Positions 40,609 through 61,185 of a DNA stretch of 64,000 nt are shown one piece after another. Within the stretch, counting starts at the first letter, position 1, and every line of letters begins with the position of its first letter. The notes beneath the pieces were generated by a model. The model searched no databases and had not been told where the DNA came from. It saw only the letters and a list, made by a program, of their open reading frames with translations. The position numbers and the translations under genes are program-made. The stretch is from the human T2T-CHM13v2.0 reference genome, Homo sapiens. Location: assembly GCF_009914755.1 (NCBI RefSeq), contig NC_060929.1, one strand, 5' to 3'.

Positions 40609-40810
40609 GGCTGGCTGCAGTGGTTCATGAGTATAATCCCAGCACTTTGGGAGGCCAAGGCAGAAGGATCAGTTGGGGCTAGGAGTTCAAGATCAGCCTG
40701 GGCAACATAGTGAGAACCTATCTCTACAAAAAATGTTTGTTTAATTTGCCAGAGTTCAAGGCTGCAGTGAGCTATGATCACTGCACTCCAGCTTGGGTGA
40801 CACAGCAAGA
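40609..40810 (+). mobile_element. AluJ with internal deletion
   Basis: Left arm then GAGTTCAAGGCTGCAGTGAGCTATGATC. Confidence 0.85.
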
Positions 40811-41017
40811 GAAGAAAGAGAAAGAAAGGAAAGAAAGAAAGAGAGAAAGAGAGAGAGTGTGTAAGACAGCGAGAGAGAGAGAGAAAGGAGGGAAGGGAAG
40901 GGGAAGGGAAGGGAAAGGGGAAGGGAAGGAGAAGGGAGGGGAGGGGAGGGGAAGGGAAGGGAGGGGAGGGGAGGGGAAGGGAAGGGAAGGGAAGGGAAGG
41001 GAAGGGAAGGGAAGGGG
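40808..41017. repeat. Polypurine (GAAA/GA/GGAAG)n tract
   Basis: Alu-tail-derived purine-rich repeat; pure purine from ~40871 to 41017. Confidence 0.95.
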
Positions 41018-42217
41018 CAAACATGTTTCTCACAGGATTCTTTACACAGGCAAATAGGAAGCAGCTCAAATACCCCACAGGAAAAGAGAAGTTAAATGAA
41101 CTATGAACTATGGGACATCTGCATGAGAGAATGTTACACAACTATTTAACATCATGTTTTCAGAAACTACTGAATAAGAGGAAAATGTTTACCAAATATT
41201 GTGATGCCTTTTGCATTTATAGCAAAGGAAAAAAAAAGCTTAGAGAAAAATACAACAAAATGTCAACTTTTGTTATCTCTGAGGGGAATAAAATACAGAG
41301 AACTTTTATTTTCTCTTTCTGAACATTAACTTCTTTTCTGGTAATCCTTGGGGCCACTCATTTCAACATGTTAGCTTCATTTCTCTTCACCTATAAAAAT
41401 AGGAGCAATATTAGTTTCCTCACAAGGCTCTTATAAATAGTTAAAACTTTTCCAAAAAGAATTGGTTTGTAAATGAAAAACAATGGTATTAAATTATACA
41501 ATAAAATCATGGTATAATTTTATGCAGTTTTCATAACAAAGTCTTTAGAGGGAGTGATGCCCTGTCAACTAGGAGTGGAAATTTTAGTGGAATTTTTCTT
41601 TTAAAACCCTACAAATGTATCCATTCTTTTGAAAGACTAAGACTGTGCTTGTCCTAGAGGCAGTGAATTATCAGAAAATGATTCTCCATTAATAATCCAA
41701 GGAAAACAGCAACCCCCCCTGCATCCCTAACCTAAATAGTTCAGCATCTCTTTGTATGGGATGGAGGCTAGACTTACCAGCATTATAACTTAGGGATCCC
41801 CTTGCTTTGCTGTTCACACAGTTGCGTGACCTAGATAGGGCAGGCATGACCAGGAGCTTCTCCCCAGCCTGCTCAGGGTCCACTGCAGGCCCGACACATG
41901 GCATGGCTATGGGGCCAGCCAGGCTTCTCACCTGGTGGGAGCCCCTCCAGGACCAATTGCCACACAAAACAGCCATTACCCAGGCAGCCCAGCTACCACC
42001 AGCAGGTTCCACTCCAGGAGCCCTTCCCTTGCAGTCTCCCCAGGAAGACTTTTCCCTCCTCTCCCTCCGCCACACTCCATCACATTCAGCTCTAGGCGTG
42101 ATAGCCAGAGCACTGGGTGGGAGACAGCCAGTCTGGAAAGCAGTTCCCTTCAGTGCTACGAATATGCATTCAGCACCACTCTGCGCCCAGCACCAAGCAC
42201 ATCTGCTCTTTAAACTC

Positions 42218-42410
<193 letters not shown>

Positions 42411-42953
42411 TCATTTTTACAACAGCTTTTCCTCCTATTTCATCCCCTTTCCACACAATCCAGCCATATACATGACTTCATTGGTAAGTAACCAATAACC
42501 CCATATCTCACCAACCTCAGCGATTTCAATTCTACAAACCCAGAGAAAAAGAACCAACCTTAATCACCTGGTAACACTTCAGCCTCACAGAATCCTTTGG
42601 GAAAAGCCAAGCTTTCTAGACAATCACAGGTCTTTTAAGCATCGAAACTTCTATGACATCTATGGTTTTGAATGGAAATCCTTCTCCATGACAGGCTGTG
42701 CTCTCTGCTTTCTTCCACAGATTACATTGAACTGAACTTCTCCCTGATGGTGCATCCTCAGGCCCCACAGTGACTACCTTCATGGGGGCTGTTGATGGGT
42801 AGGGCCCTTTGCCTCTAGGTTCATTAGCCCCACACTGCTCTCTTCTGAGGTTTCAGTTTTTCTGTCTCTTTCATTCGGGGGCTCACTGTTTCTGCTTCCT
42901 TCCACCTTCCCAGCTCCCTTTTCTAATCCATTGCTAATTATCTGCTGGATGTT

Positions 42954-43196
42954 TGGACCTTGAGAGCTTGTTTGGAGGTTCTAGCAAGCGGGCACAGCTA
43001 CTTGTATACCCTTGACCAAAGACTGGTCCTCCTCTATCCGGGATGGTCATCCTCTTCAACCAAGCGCACAGATTCAGGAGGGACACACATGGAGCAGTAA
43101 GTGGGGAAAGGGACACCCACCTAGCCAGCCAGATCAACTGAATCAACCCTGGTAATCAAGGGGGTGACAGAAGTCACAGCCAGATCACCCTCACAT
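42954..43196 (-). pseudogene. 7SK snRNA retropseudogene (RN7SKP-type), 3'-truncated
   Basis: Reverse complement ATGTGAGGGTGATCTGGCTGTGAC..GGGTTGATTC..TGCTAGAACCTCCAAACAAGCTCTCAAGGTCCA matches ~nt 3-245 of 7SK; TSD TATCTGCTGG(A/G)TGTTT. Confidence 0.95.
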
Positions 43197-44149
43197 GTAT
43201 CTGCTGGGTGTTTGGAACCCACTGATCACACTTGTTTTCAGCGCATGCTCAGCGTGGGTTCCGAGGGCCTTTCCCATGAGTAAAATGCCCACGCCTCAGT
43301 TCATCAGCTTGATGCTGCCTCTTTTGCTCAGTCTTGTCAGCTCATTTCCTGGTTCTTGCTGTGTTCTAGGCAGATGATTCAAGAGATGTTTTAGACAGTC
43401 TCAGTAGAAGCTTTCACTGCATTGGAAGTCATACCTGGGAACTAGACTTAAAATAATAACTCTCCAATGACCCCTGGAGGAACGAGTGGGTGACTTGAGA
43501 GGAACACACTGCTGTAGCAAAGACTGGAAATTTCAAAAAAGAAAAAGAAACATAAAGAAAACAGGGAATAAGAGGAAGATTTTTATACTTTCTCTTTTTT
43601 TTCCCAGCTAGCTAGTTGCTTTAATTTTTCAAATATTTACTTCCTCACCTCAACCCTGTTCCATAACCTCAACAGAGGGTAAAGTAGACCACCAGAATAC
43701 ATGATGGAAAGTGTAATAAAGAGAGATGAAGATGATTCCAAACATAAGAGTAGGCATTATGTATTCTAATTCGTTCAATCACTTGGACCTAAAAAAAATT
43801 CTATTTTGTTTCAGTGACTAAACTGGATAAAAGGGTGAGACTTGTTGCTTATGAAACACACTGCTAGGTTTTCAGAGTTTCACAGAACCCTTCTTTGTGA
43901 ACACAAAGTTCTGTTTCCAAGTTGTCTCCTCAGTCTTCAGAGCTATTTTTTCATCCATGTTACCAAAACTCCTCATGCTAACTTCGACCTTCATTCACTT
44001 AGTAACATTTACCCAGGTCCTGCTACATGCCTGGCACTTCCCAGGGCATAGTCCCAACAGCACTTCCCTCAGCTTTTTGTCCCTCTTTGATTAAAGACAA
44101 CCAAAAGGCCTCTAGAACTTGTTAGAATTCTTCCTAACAAATGAACATA

Positions 44150-44500
44150 AATATACAAAAGCGTGTTCATTGCAACACTGTTTAAATAGCAAAATGTTGA
44201 CAAGAATCTAAATGCTCTAAAATGGGTAATTGATACAATGGAATATGCTGTGCATCTATAGTTATGGACCCGAGAATACAGTCATCTTGTATTAATAAGT
44301 GAGAAAAGATACATTTTACAGACAGACAAGTAACTACAGCATAATCGCTTTTATAGAACTCCATATTACTTATAAACATAGAGATGCATTTTTTAGTTAG
44401 AAGAATGTACACCAAAATAGGTGACAGAACTGTGAATGATTTTCCTCTCTTTTTGCTTGTCTCTATTTTCTAATGTTGTTTTAAGCAATTATGGATTTTA
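44150..44500 (+). mobile_element. L1ME-type fragment
   Basis: TGTTCATTGCAACACTGTTTAAATAGCAAAA..CAATGGAATAT. Confidence 0.6.
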
Positions 44501-45021
44501 AAAAATCAACCAACATTTTAAAAAAAAATTTCTCTGATCAAGAGAAACAACTCCATTGCCTTATCAGTCACTGCAAACCTTACTAAAGTATGAGAAAGCC
44601 TCTCCTTAAAACCAAGTGCATTAAATCCAAGAGATGGAAACAGAGATGTCAATAATCTGCATCAGGAAAATCCCGAATGTTATGTCACAGAACTACTGGA
44701 ACTGGTGTGCAGAGAGGATGCAGGCAGAAATACAGTAAGAAAAGAGACAATTCACCAACAAAGCAAATTAAAGAGGCTCAGGTCCCACGTAGACCAGTGG
44801 GCAGGGATGAGATACAAAACAGAAAAGAGAGGAATGAGGGTAAGGGGGAAGTTTCTGTAAGAGCAGTTGCTCTGCCTCTTCTCTTCCCACTCTCAGGACA
44901 TAAGGCTCTGTATAGTACAAATCAAGGCTCGGGGTGAACTCACAGAAATTAATTGAAAGTATACACAGAAAATGATTTCACTCCAAATCTTTCCATCCAC
45001 TCCTTAGAACATGTCCAGTCA

Positions 45022-45335
<314 letters not shown>

Positions 45336-45355
45336 CTAATCAAAGGGCTATCTCC

Positions 45356-45653
<298 letters not shown>

Positions 45654-47959
45654 GCTATCTCCCAAGTCAGGAGATCAGAAGACTCTTCTCTGAAGTACCA
45701 GTGGAAAAAATTCTTCTTACTGACGTGAGGGGAATCTCCCATAAAATGAGTCTCCTGGTACAATGATGTAGAAGCAAATCGATCATTCGACAAGCTTTAC
45801 AAGCCTGCATGACTTCCAATTCACTTTTTAGTGCCTCATTCTTAATATGAAATGGCAACCTAGGATCACCAGATCTATGAGAAAACTCCTAAAATGAAAG
45901 AGTAGTACCTAAAATCAATGAAGGATAAAGCAACTCAGAAGAAACCAAAATGATGCATGGGGCGGGAACACTTTTTTAATGCCCATTAATACCCTCAAAG
46001 AGACTTCATAGAGCAGAGAGGCAGGGCAAGATGGCAGAATAGAAGGCTTCATCAGTTGTCCCCCAACCCCCACAAAGACACCAATTTGACAACTATCTAC
46101 ACAGAAAAAATACCTGCATAAGAACCAAAAATCAGGCAAGCACTCATAGTACCTAGTTTTCACTTCATATCACTGAAAGAGGCACTGAAGAGATAGAAAA
46201 AAACAGTTCTGAATAGCCGATGCCACCCCTCCCCATCCCAGGCATCAGCTGTGTAGTGCAGAGAATATCTCTGAGCACTGCGGGAGGGAGAGCACAGCAA
46301 TTGTGAGTCACTGAACTCTGTGCTGTCCTGTTAGAGGAGAAAGGAAAACCAGACCAAACTCGCTGATGCCTGCCCATGGAGAGAGCATTTAAACCAGACC
46401 TAGACAGAGGGGAATCGCCAATCCCAGCAGTCTGAACAGTAAACTTGAAAGGCAGTCTAGGCTATATGAACTGAAACTCTTAGGAAAGTTCAGGTGCTGA
46501 ACTAGGCCCAGAAACGGTGGAATCAGGGGACACATGACATACTAAGACACTAGTTGCAGCAGCCAAAGGAATGATGGCACCACCCCTCCCCTAACCCCAA
46601 GCTTCACAGCTCACCCCTTCCTTCTACTTGAGGAGAGGAGAGGGAAGAGTGGGGAGGACTTTGTCTTGCACTTTGGATAACAGCTCAACCACAGCAGTAT
46701 AGGGGACTGGTCAGAGTCGTGAGGCCCCTGTTCCAGGCCCTAGCTCCCAGATGGCATTTCTAGACATACCCTGGGCCATAAGAGAATCTGCTGCCTTAAA
46801 GGAAAGGACCCAGTTCTAGCAGCATTCATCACCTGCTAAATGAAGAGTCCTTGGGCCCCTGAATAACCAGTAGCAATACCCAGGTACATCAAGGGCCTTG
46901 GGTAAGACCTCGAGACTTGCTGGCTTCAGGTGAGACTCAGCACATTACCAGCTGTGGTGCATATGGGGCAAAACTCCTTCTGCTTGAGAAAAGCAGAGGG
47001 GAAAGTAAAGGGGACTTTGTCTTGCACCTTAGGTACCAGCACAGTCACAGTGGGGTAGAACACCAAGTGGGCTCTTGGGATCTCCAATTCCAGGACTTGG
47101 CTCTTGGATGGCATTTCTGGACCTGCCCTGGGTCAGAGGGGAGCCCCCTGCCCTAAAGGTTGAGTCCCAGGCCAGGCATCATTCACCATAAGCTGACTTA
47201 AGGGCCTTTGGGTCATAAGGGAATATCAGAGGTAGTCTGGCAGTACTCCTCATGGCCAGGGGTAGTGGTGGCTACAGGGTGAGGCTCCTCTGACTTTGGA
47301 AAGGGGAGGGAAAAGTGGGAAGGACGGCATCTTGTGTTTTGACTGCCAACTCAGCAGCACTACAACAGAATACCAGGTAGGCTTCTAAGGTTTTTGACTC
47401 TAGTCTCTGACTTCCAGACAGTACCTCTGGACCCATCAAGGGCCTAGAGTACCTCCCTGCCATGAGGGGCAAGACACAGGACTGTCTGGCTTTGCCACTG
47501 GCTGATTGTAGAGCCCCAGGACCTAGAGTGAACATAGGCAGTAACCAGGGAGTGGTTACAGCAGGCCTTGAGCAAGATCCAGTTGTGTGCTGGCTTCAGG
47601 TCTGACCCAGAGCAGTCATAGTTTTAGTGACCACGGGGTGCTTGTGTCACCCCACCCCCAGCTTTAGGTAGCTCAGAACAGAGAGAGAGAGACTCTATTT
47701 GTTTGGAAGAAAGTAAGCAAAAAGAACAAGAGTCTCTGCCTGGTAATCCAGAGAATTCTCCAGTATCTTATCCAAGACCAAAACAGTAACTCTACGAGTC
47801 TGCAAGAAGCACAGCATTACTGGGGCTAGGGTGTCCCCTAAAGCAGATACAGCTTAGGTCAAAACAGCCAAGTCTTTTCAAATATCTGCAGAGCCTTCCC
47901 AAAAAGGATGGGTACAAATAAGCCCAGATAGTGAAGTCTACAATAAATATCTAACTCTT

Positions 47960-48935
47960 CACTGCCTAGACACTGAAGAACATCTACTAGCCTCAGTACC
48001 ATCCAGGAAAACCTTATTTAGTTCACCAAATGAACTAAATAAGGTACCACAGACCAATCCTAGAGAAACAGACTTCTGTGATCTTTCAGACACAGAATTC
48101 AAAATAGCTGTACTGAGGAAACTCAAATAAATTCAAGATAATATAGAGAAGGAATTCATAATTCTTTTTGGGGGGACTCATAATTCTATCAGATAAATTT
48201 AACAAAGAGATTGAAATAATCAAAAAGCATCAAGCAGAAATTCTGGCACTGAAAAATTCCATTGGCATAGTGAAGAATGCATCAGAGTCCTTTAATTGAT
48301 CAAGCAGAAGAGATACTTAGTGAGCTTGGAGACAGGCTCTTTTTGAAAATATACAGTCAGAGGAGACAAAAGAAAAAAACAATAAAAAACAACAAATAAT
48401 GCTTACAGGATCTAGAAAATAGCCTCAAAAAAGCAAATCTAAAAGTTTTGGCCTCAAAGAGGGGATAAAGAGATAGGAGTAGAAACTTTATTGAAAGGGA
48501 TAATAACAAAGAACTTCCCAAACCTAAAGAAAGATATCAATATCCAAGTAGAAGAGAATTATACAACACGAAGAAGATTTAGAGTACCTCAAGGCATTTA
48601 ATAATCAAACTCCCAAAAGTCAAGGATAAAGAAAGAATCCTAAAAGCAGCAAGAGAAAAGAAACAAATAACATACAATGGAACTCTAATACATCTGGCAG
48701 CAGACTTTTCAGCAGAAACCTCATAGGCCAGGAGAGAGTGGTATAGCATATTTAAAGTGCTGAAGGAAAAAAATTTCTAACCTAGAATAGTATATCCAGC
48801 AAAAATATCCTTCAAACACGAAGGAGAAATAAAGACTTTCCCAGACATACAAAAGCTGAGGGATTTCATCAACACCAGATCTGTCCTACAAGAAATGCTA
48901 AAGTGAGTTCTTCAATTGGAAAGAAAAAGACGTTA
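47960..48935 (+). pseudogene. L1 ORF1 remnant (disrupted)
   Basis: ATCCTAAAAGCAGCAAGAGAAAAG, GCAGACTTTTCAGCAGAAACC, AGAATAGTATATCCAGCAAAAATATCCTTC L1 ORF1 motifs; stops and frameshifts. Confidence 0.8.
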
Positions 48936-49404
48936 ATGAGCAAGAAGAAACCATCTGAAGATAAAAAACTCACTGGTAATAGTAAGTATTAAAAAAAAAC
49001 ACAAAATATGATAACACCATAGCTGTGGTGTGTAAACTACTCTTACCATACATACAAAGAATAAATGATGAACCAACCAAAAATAATAAACACAACAACT
49101 TTTCAAGACATAGTACAATAAGATATAAATAGAAACAACAAAAAGTTAAAAAGCGAGAGGATGAAGTTAAGGCATAGAGTTTTTATTGGTTTTCTTTTTG
49201 CTTATTTGTTTGTTTGTTTATGCAAACAGTGTTAAGTTGTTATCAGGTTAAAATAATGGATTATAAGATAGTATTTGCAAGCCTCATGGTAACCTCAAAC
49301 CAAAAAACATCCAATGGATACACAAAAACTTAAAAGCAAGAAACTAAATCATGTCCATATTGTTATTGATAAGTAAGAACTTACATAATATTATGTCATT
49401 TACA

Positions 49405-53370
<3,966 letters not shown>

Positions 53371-53671
53371 TTCAGCCATAAAAAGTAATGAGATCCCATC
53401 ATTTGCAACAAGGATGGAACTGGAGATCATTTTGTTAAGTGAAATAACAAACATCACAACCGAGAGACAAACATCACATGTTCTCACTTGTTTGTGGGAT
53501 CTAAAAATCAAAACAATTGAACTCATGAACATAGAGTGGTTACCAGAGGCTGGGAAGCGTAGAAGGGGGCTGGGAAGGAGGTAGAGATGGTTGCTGAGTA
53601 CAAAAAAAAAAATAGAAGAAATAAGACCTACTATTTGATAGCACAATAGGGTGACTATAGTCAATAATAAC

Positions 53672-53969
53672 TTTTTTATTTTTTTTTTTGAGACAGAGTT
53701 TCACTCTTCTTGCCCAGGCTGGAGTGCAATGGCGTGATCTCAGCTCACTGCAACCTCTGCTCCTGGGTTCAAGCGATTCCTGCCTCAGCCTCCCAAATAG
53801 CTGCGATTACAGGCAAGTGCGACCATGCCCAGCTAATTTTTCTATTTTTAGTAGAGATAGGGTTTCACCATGTTAGCCAGGCTGTTCTCAAACTCCTGAC
53901 CTCAGGTGATCCACCTGCCTCAACCTCCCAAAGTGCTGGGATTACAGGCGTTAGCCATTGAGCCAGGCC
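53672..53969 (-). mobile_element. AluSq-like within L1 3'UTR
   Basis: Antisense dimer; TSD AATAATAACTT. Confidence 0.95.
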
Positions 53970-54167
53970 AATAATAACTTAATTATACATTTTAAAATAA
54001 CCTAAAGAGTGTAATTGAATTGTTTGTAACCCAAAGGATAAATTCTTGAGGGAATGGATACCCCATTCTCCATGATCTGCTTATTTCACATTGCATGTTT
54101 TTATCAAAACATCTCATATACCCCATAAATAATACACCTATTATGTAACTCAGAAAAAAAAATTTTA

Positions 54168-54677
<510 letters not shown>

Positions 54678-54749
54678 TGGGAGAGAAAGTCAAGAAATTC
54701 TCAGAAAAATAAAAGCTTAAAAACCAGAGGGAAAACATGAGAAAAAATA

Positions 54750-55000
54750 CAATAATTGATGCTTATTGAGTGCTTATCTTATGTCAGTTCTAAGAATTTT
54801 ACATGTATTCATACATTTAGTGCTTCACAGTTTTATGAGATAGGAGCTATTCTTATAATCAACCCATTTTACATATGAGAAAACTGAGGCATGGAGAAAT
54901 TAAATAACTTGCCCAAGGCAAACAGCTAGTAAATAAATGGCACAGCTAGAATTTGCAACCAGAGCAGTCTGCCCCTTAACCAGTATGCTATACTGCCAGA
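54750..55000 (-). mobile_element. MIR
   Basis: CCCATTTTACATATGAGAAAACTGAGGCATGGAGA..AACTTGCCCAAGG. Confidence 0.85.
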
Positions 55001-55133
55001 TGAAACATAAAGATCGAAATATCATGCTATCCTGATTGAAATAATGGAAGAAGGACTCGAAATATAATTGCAAATGTTGTCGAAGAATGTATTATGAATG
55101 CATTGAATGATACCCTAGAGAAATTCAGCCATA

Positions 55134-55232
55134 AGAGGTTGTAGTGAGCCGAGATCACACCACTGCACTCCAGCCTGAGCAACAGAGCAAGACTCCATCT
55201 CAAAAAAAAAAAAGAAGAAAGAAGAAAAGAAA
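55134..55232 (+). mobile_element. Heavily 5'-truncated Alu
   Basis: Last ~68 nt of Alu plus A-tail; TSD AGAAATT(C/T)AGCCATAA. Confidence 0.9.
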
Positions 55233-55779
55233 AGAAATTTAGCCATAAATTTCCAGCTGCAAAAGCCAAAACCTCTCATTGAAGATGGCACCACTAAAGA
55301 GGATCTACATTATTTAGCAACCTCAAAAATCCAAAGCTAGAAAGTAAACACAAATAATGATTGAATTTAATTGATATCTAATAGCTGGATATTCCTGTAT
55401 TGTAAGTCGTAAAAGCTAAGAAAAAAAAAGTGTAAAGGCATTAGAATAGTAGTTGGTAAATAACATAATAGATACCAATTTCCAGTCAAGATCGGGCAAT
55501 GAGTTCATGCTTTGATTTCCTCTTTATTATCCAAATATGTGAAAATATGGAATAAAATATATAAAAGGAGAAAATGTGTCATATTCAAAAAAAGACAAAC
55601 ATCTCCATGGAACAGAGGTGCAAAACTGAGAGCCAGGCTAAAGCTGTGGCTGTGGTGGCCAGAAACAGCTCCATGGGAGTCAACGAGTTTTAAAATTTCC
55701 ATAAATTAGGCAGAAATCAGGCTTGCTGCTTGAGGAAATAGACTGAACAAAACATAGCCAACTTCTGCTTAGAGCTGTT

Positions 55780-56000
55780 GCAGTGTTTTTCAACTTTTAT
55801 TTTCATTATTATCCCTCTAAAAAGATAAATGTTTAAATTTTTCCTAGTGAGAGAAATTAAATGCTAGGGAATATAATTTTTAGGAGGCAGGATTGTGCTT
55901 TGAAGAGCCACAAACCATTGTAATATCTAAGATTATTCACCTTCTAAGAATCAAATGTTAAATGATCAGGAGCAACATTGCCCCTGTGGAGAATGCATAC
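55780..56000. mobile_element. Probable old hAT-type DNA transposon remnant
   Basis: CAGTGTTTTTCAAC..CCACAAACCATTGTAATATCTAAGA..GCCCCTGTGGAGAATGCAT resembles hAT MITE ends; family not named. Confidence 0.4.
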
Positions 56001-56548
56001 ATTATAGCTTAAAAACTCACAGCCTTGCCACTAAGAATGGAGCCAAACTGCTCATTGGCCATATGACTGGCTCTTGGGTACTCTACCATCACTATAGTGC
56101 AGGAACTCCAACCAGCAATTAATTTAAAGCCTCATTATAGATTTAGGGTTCTGAAGGACATTGTAAGGGAGAACTGCAAAAATGTTGAACAGAGAGGCAT
56201 ATGGGCAAAGATGGGAGAAGGAGAGACAAATGAAAAATGAAAAAAAAAAAGGCTTATTCAAAATTACTGGTAAACCAAAATTCCAAAAAACAAAAATACA
56301 TTGCTACTAAAGAAAGCCAACAAAATTAATAATCATGTATTCTCTCTGGAAAATTAATTTTATTAGACAGCTGAACAAAGACTAAATTATAAACAGTGAG
56401 CATTTACAAAAAAGAGAAAACAAAAGAATACAAAATTCTTCAACAAAAACAGGTTTTAAAATACCACAAGATAAGCGAACATTTAAAAGAAGCAATTAGA
56501 AATTTAGAAAATGATATATATTGATTGAATTTCAAAATACAAATACAG

Positions 56549-56845
56549 GACCAGGCACCATGGCTTGCACCTGTAATCTCACTACTTTGGGATGCTGAGG
56601 TGGGAGGATCACGTGAAGCCAGGAGTTTGAGATCAGCCTGGGCAGCATAGTGAGACCCCATCCATATGAAAAAAAATTTTTTATTACCCAGGCATGGTGG
56701 CACGTGTCTGCAGTCCAGCTATTAGGAGGCTTAGGCAGGAGGATGGCTTGAGTCCAGGAGTTTAAAGTTACCATGAGCTATGATCATACCACTGCACTCC
56801 AGCCTGGTCAACAGAGAAAGGCCTTGTCTCTTAAAAAAATAGATA
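56549..56845 (+). mobile_element. AluJ
   Basis: J-type GGAGGATGGCTTGAG..GAGCTATGATC. Confidence 0.9.
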
Positions 56846-57031
56846 AATACAATAAACAGGACTATACTGTTCTCCCTTTTAGAGAGAGAGAAAGAGAGAG
56901 AATTTAAGTAGCAATGTATGAAACATGAAAGATAGACTGAGAGATTCCAAATATTTTAATGAATAGGATTTCCAAAAGAAGAAACTGAAATGAATGATGA
57001 GGAATAAATATCTGAAAAAATTGTTGCTGAA

Positions 57032-57389
<358 letters not shown>

Positions 57390-58215
57390 CTAAGTAGAAT
57401 AAATACAAATAAAACCAAGCTTGGACACACTGAAGTGAAATGTTGAAATCAAGTGTAAAGAGACAGTCTTAAAATTCATCAGTGAGAAAGACAAACAACC
57501 TAAAACAGTGTGACAATTGTACTGACAGCAGATTCCTTGTTAGCAAAAGTAGATATAAGAAGTTAATGAAATAATATTTTAAAACATCAGAGAGGTGGTC
57601 ATCTAAGATATTAACATAAGGGCAAATACGGGTGAGGAGCACACAAAAACTCTGTATTATCTTTGCTACTTTTCTGTAACTCTAAAATAATTCCCTTAAA
57701 AAGGTTTTTTTTTTAATGTAGTGAAAAGGAAACAAAACAGTTAAGCTAGAATTTTATAGCCAGCTAATCCATCTGCCAAAGACATGAAAATAATTATATG
57801 AGAATATAGAAAAGCAAGAAGTGCATCAAACACAGTGAAAAGTTGTAAGATTACAAAAAAAAACTGACTAGCCTAGAAACTGATTCCTGTCTTCCTTTCT
57901 TCCTCCTTCCTTCATGAATAATTCAGTCCAAAATCAACTAGGTAGGGCCAAGCAAGGTAGGTCTCTGGAGGCTGTGGGGAGAAAAGTAGCAGCGGCAGCT
58001 CAGCATGGGGTATCAAAGCTGGAGCAAAATGAGATCATCTGTGCACCCATTTAGCACCATGCTAAATCTGAACAACCCAAATTTAGCATGGGTTGTCCAA
58101 GCTAAATCAAAGGAAGAGGGTGTCTACTCAGTAGAGAGGTGGTCATAGCCCAGCACAAAGGGTCAAAAGCCAAGTAGAATGAGATCATCTGTGCAGGGGG
58201 GAACAGTGGTGGTGG

Positions 58216-58376
58216 ATGAAATGCTCATGGGAGCATTTCAGAATTTGGATTTTTGGATTTGGAAAGCTCAAGCAGTAAGTATAATGCGAATATTCCAAAA
58301 TCAAAAAAAAATGAAAAAAATTGAAACAAAATACTTCTCAGTCCCAAGCATTTCAGATAAGAGATACTCAACCTGT
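58216..58376 (+). mobile_element. Tigger4/MER46-like terminal fragment
   Basis: ..GTCCCAAGCATTTCAGATAAGAGATACTCAACCTG|TA terminus. Confidence 0.75.
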
Positions 58377-58658
58377 AATAAATAAATATGTTGAGAATAA
58401 TAAAAGCCAGGTTTTTTACTTCAGAGATAAGTTGTAAATAAAAGGAGAAAAGTAGAATGAACTCCATGATGTTTGCTTGGAATTGGAAGCATGAGTGGGA
58501 ACTCATGGTTTTCAATATGTGTGTGCAGGTATATTGTGTATAGAGCTTTGTCAATTGAGAGAGCCTAAGAAGATCAGCACCCAAAAGGTTTGAGCACACC
58601 TAGTGCCCAAATCTTCATTTCTGAATATCATTGTTTGCTAAAAAGAATCAGGGTTCTT

Positions 58659-58950
<292 letters not shown>

Positions 58951-59029
58951 AGAATCAGGGTTTCTTGGGAAAATGCCTGTTTCCAAAGCTGGCAGGGGAA
59001 GTGCTCAAAAAATGATGAGAAGGGCAGGC

Positions 59030-60665
<1,636 letters not shown>

Positions 60666-60689
60666 AAATTAAATGATCAAAATAAAATT

Positions 60690-61185
60690 ATGGAGCCATG
60701 TCAAAGGACATAGAAACCAACTTGAAGCACTTCCCACTGGCCTGTCTGGGAAAATGTGAACATCAATAAGTAGTAATAGAAATAGATCCATTGAATAAAA
60801 TAGAAATCCATGAAATTCAATATGAGAGTCCAAAAGAGGAAAGAGAAAATTTTTCCTTACAGTGCAATTCAAAATAATATTTATAAAAGGAATGATGAAA
60901 CTCACCATTTAGTAAACATCATAGTAAAAATTAATTCAACCAAGAAGCATCAATGGATAAGAGTCAATAAAAGTTTGATGAGGAAAGAAATATATACATA
61001 GTCTCAAAGTCCCTCCTCACAAAACATTTTATAATTACAAAAGGAAAAAGAATAACTTTATAGGAAAAAAACCCGACAGACACCACCTTAATCAAGTGAT
61101 CAAACTTAACATCATCAATAGTGGGACAAACCAAAATCGTGTACCACCTCACAGGCTGCAATGAGAACATAGCATCTCTGCCATC
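60690..61185 (+). mobile_element. L1MC/MD-type fragment
   Basis: CACCACCTTAATCAAGTGATCAAACTTAACATCA..GGCTGCAATGAGAACATAGCATC. Confidence 0.6.

Noticed and set aside
40500-41141. 213-aa Pro/Ser/Phe-rich ORF and overlapping Gly/Arg/Glu ORF
   Set aside because: Translation of the polypurine tract and an Alu.
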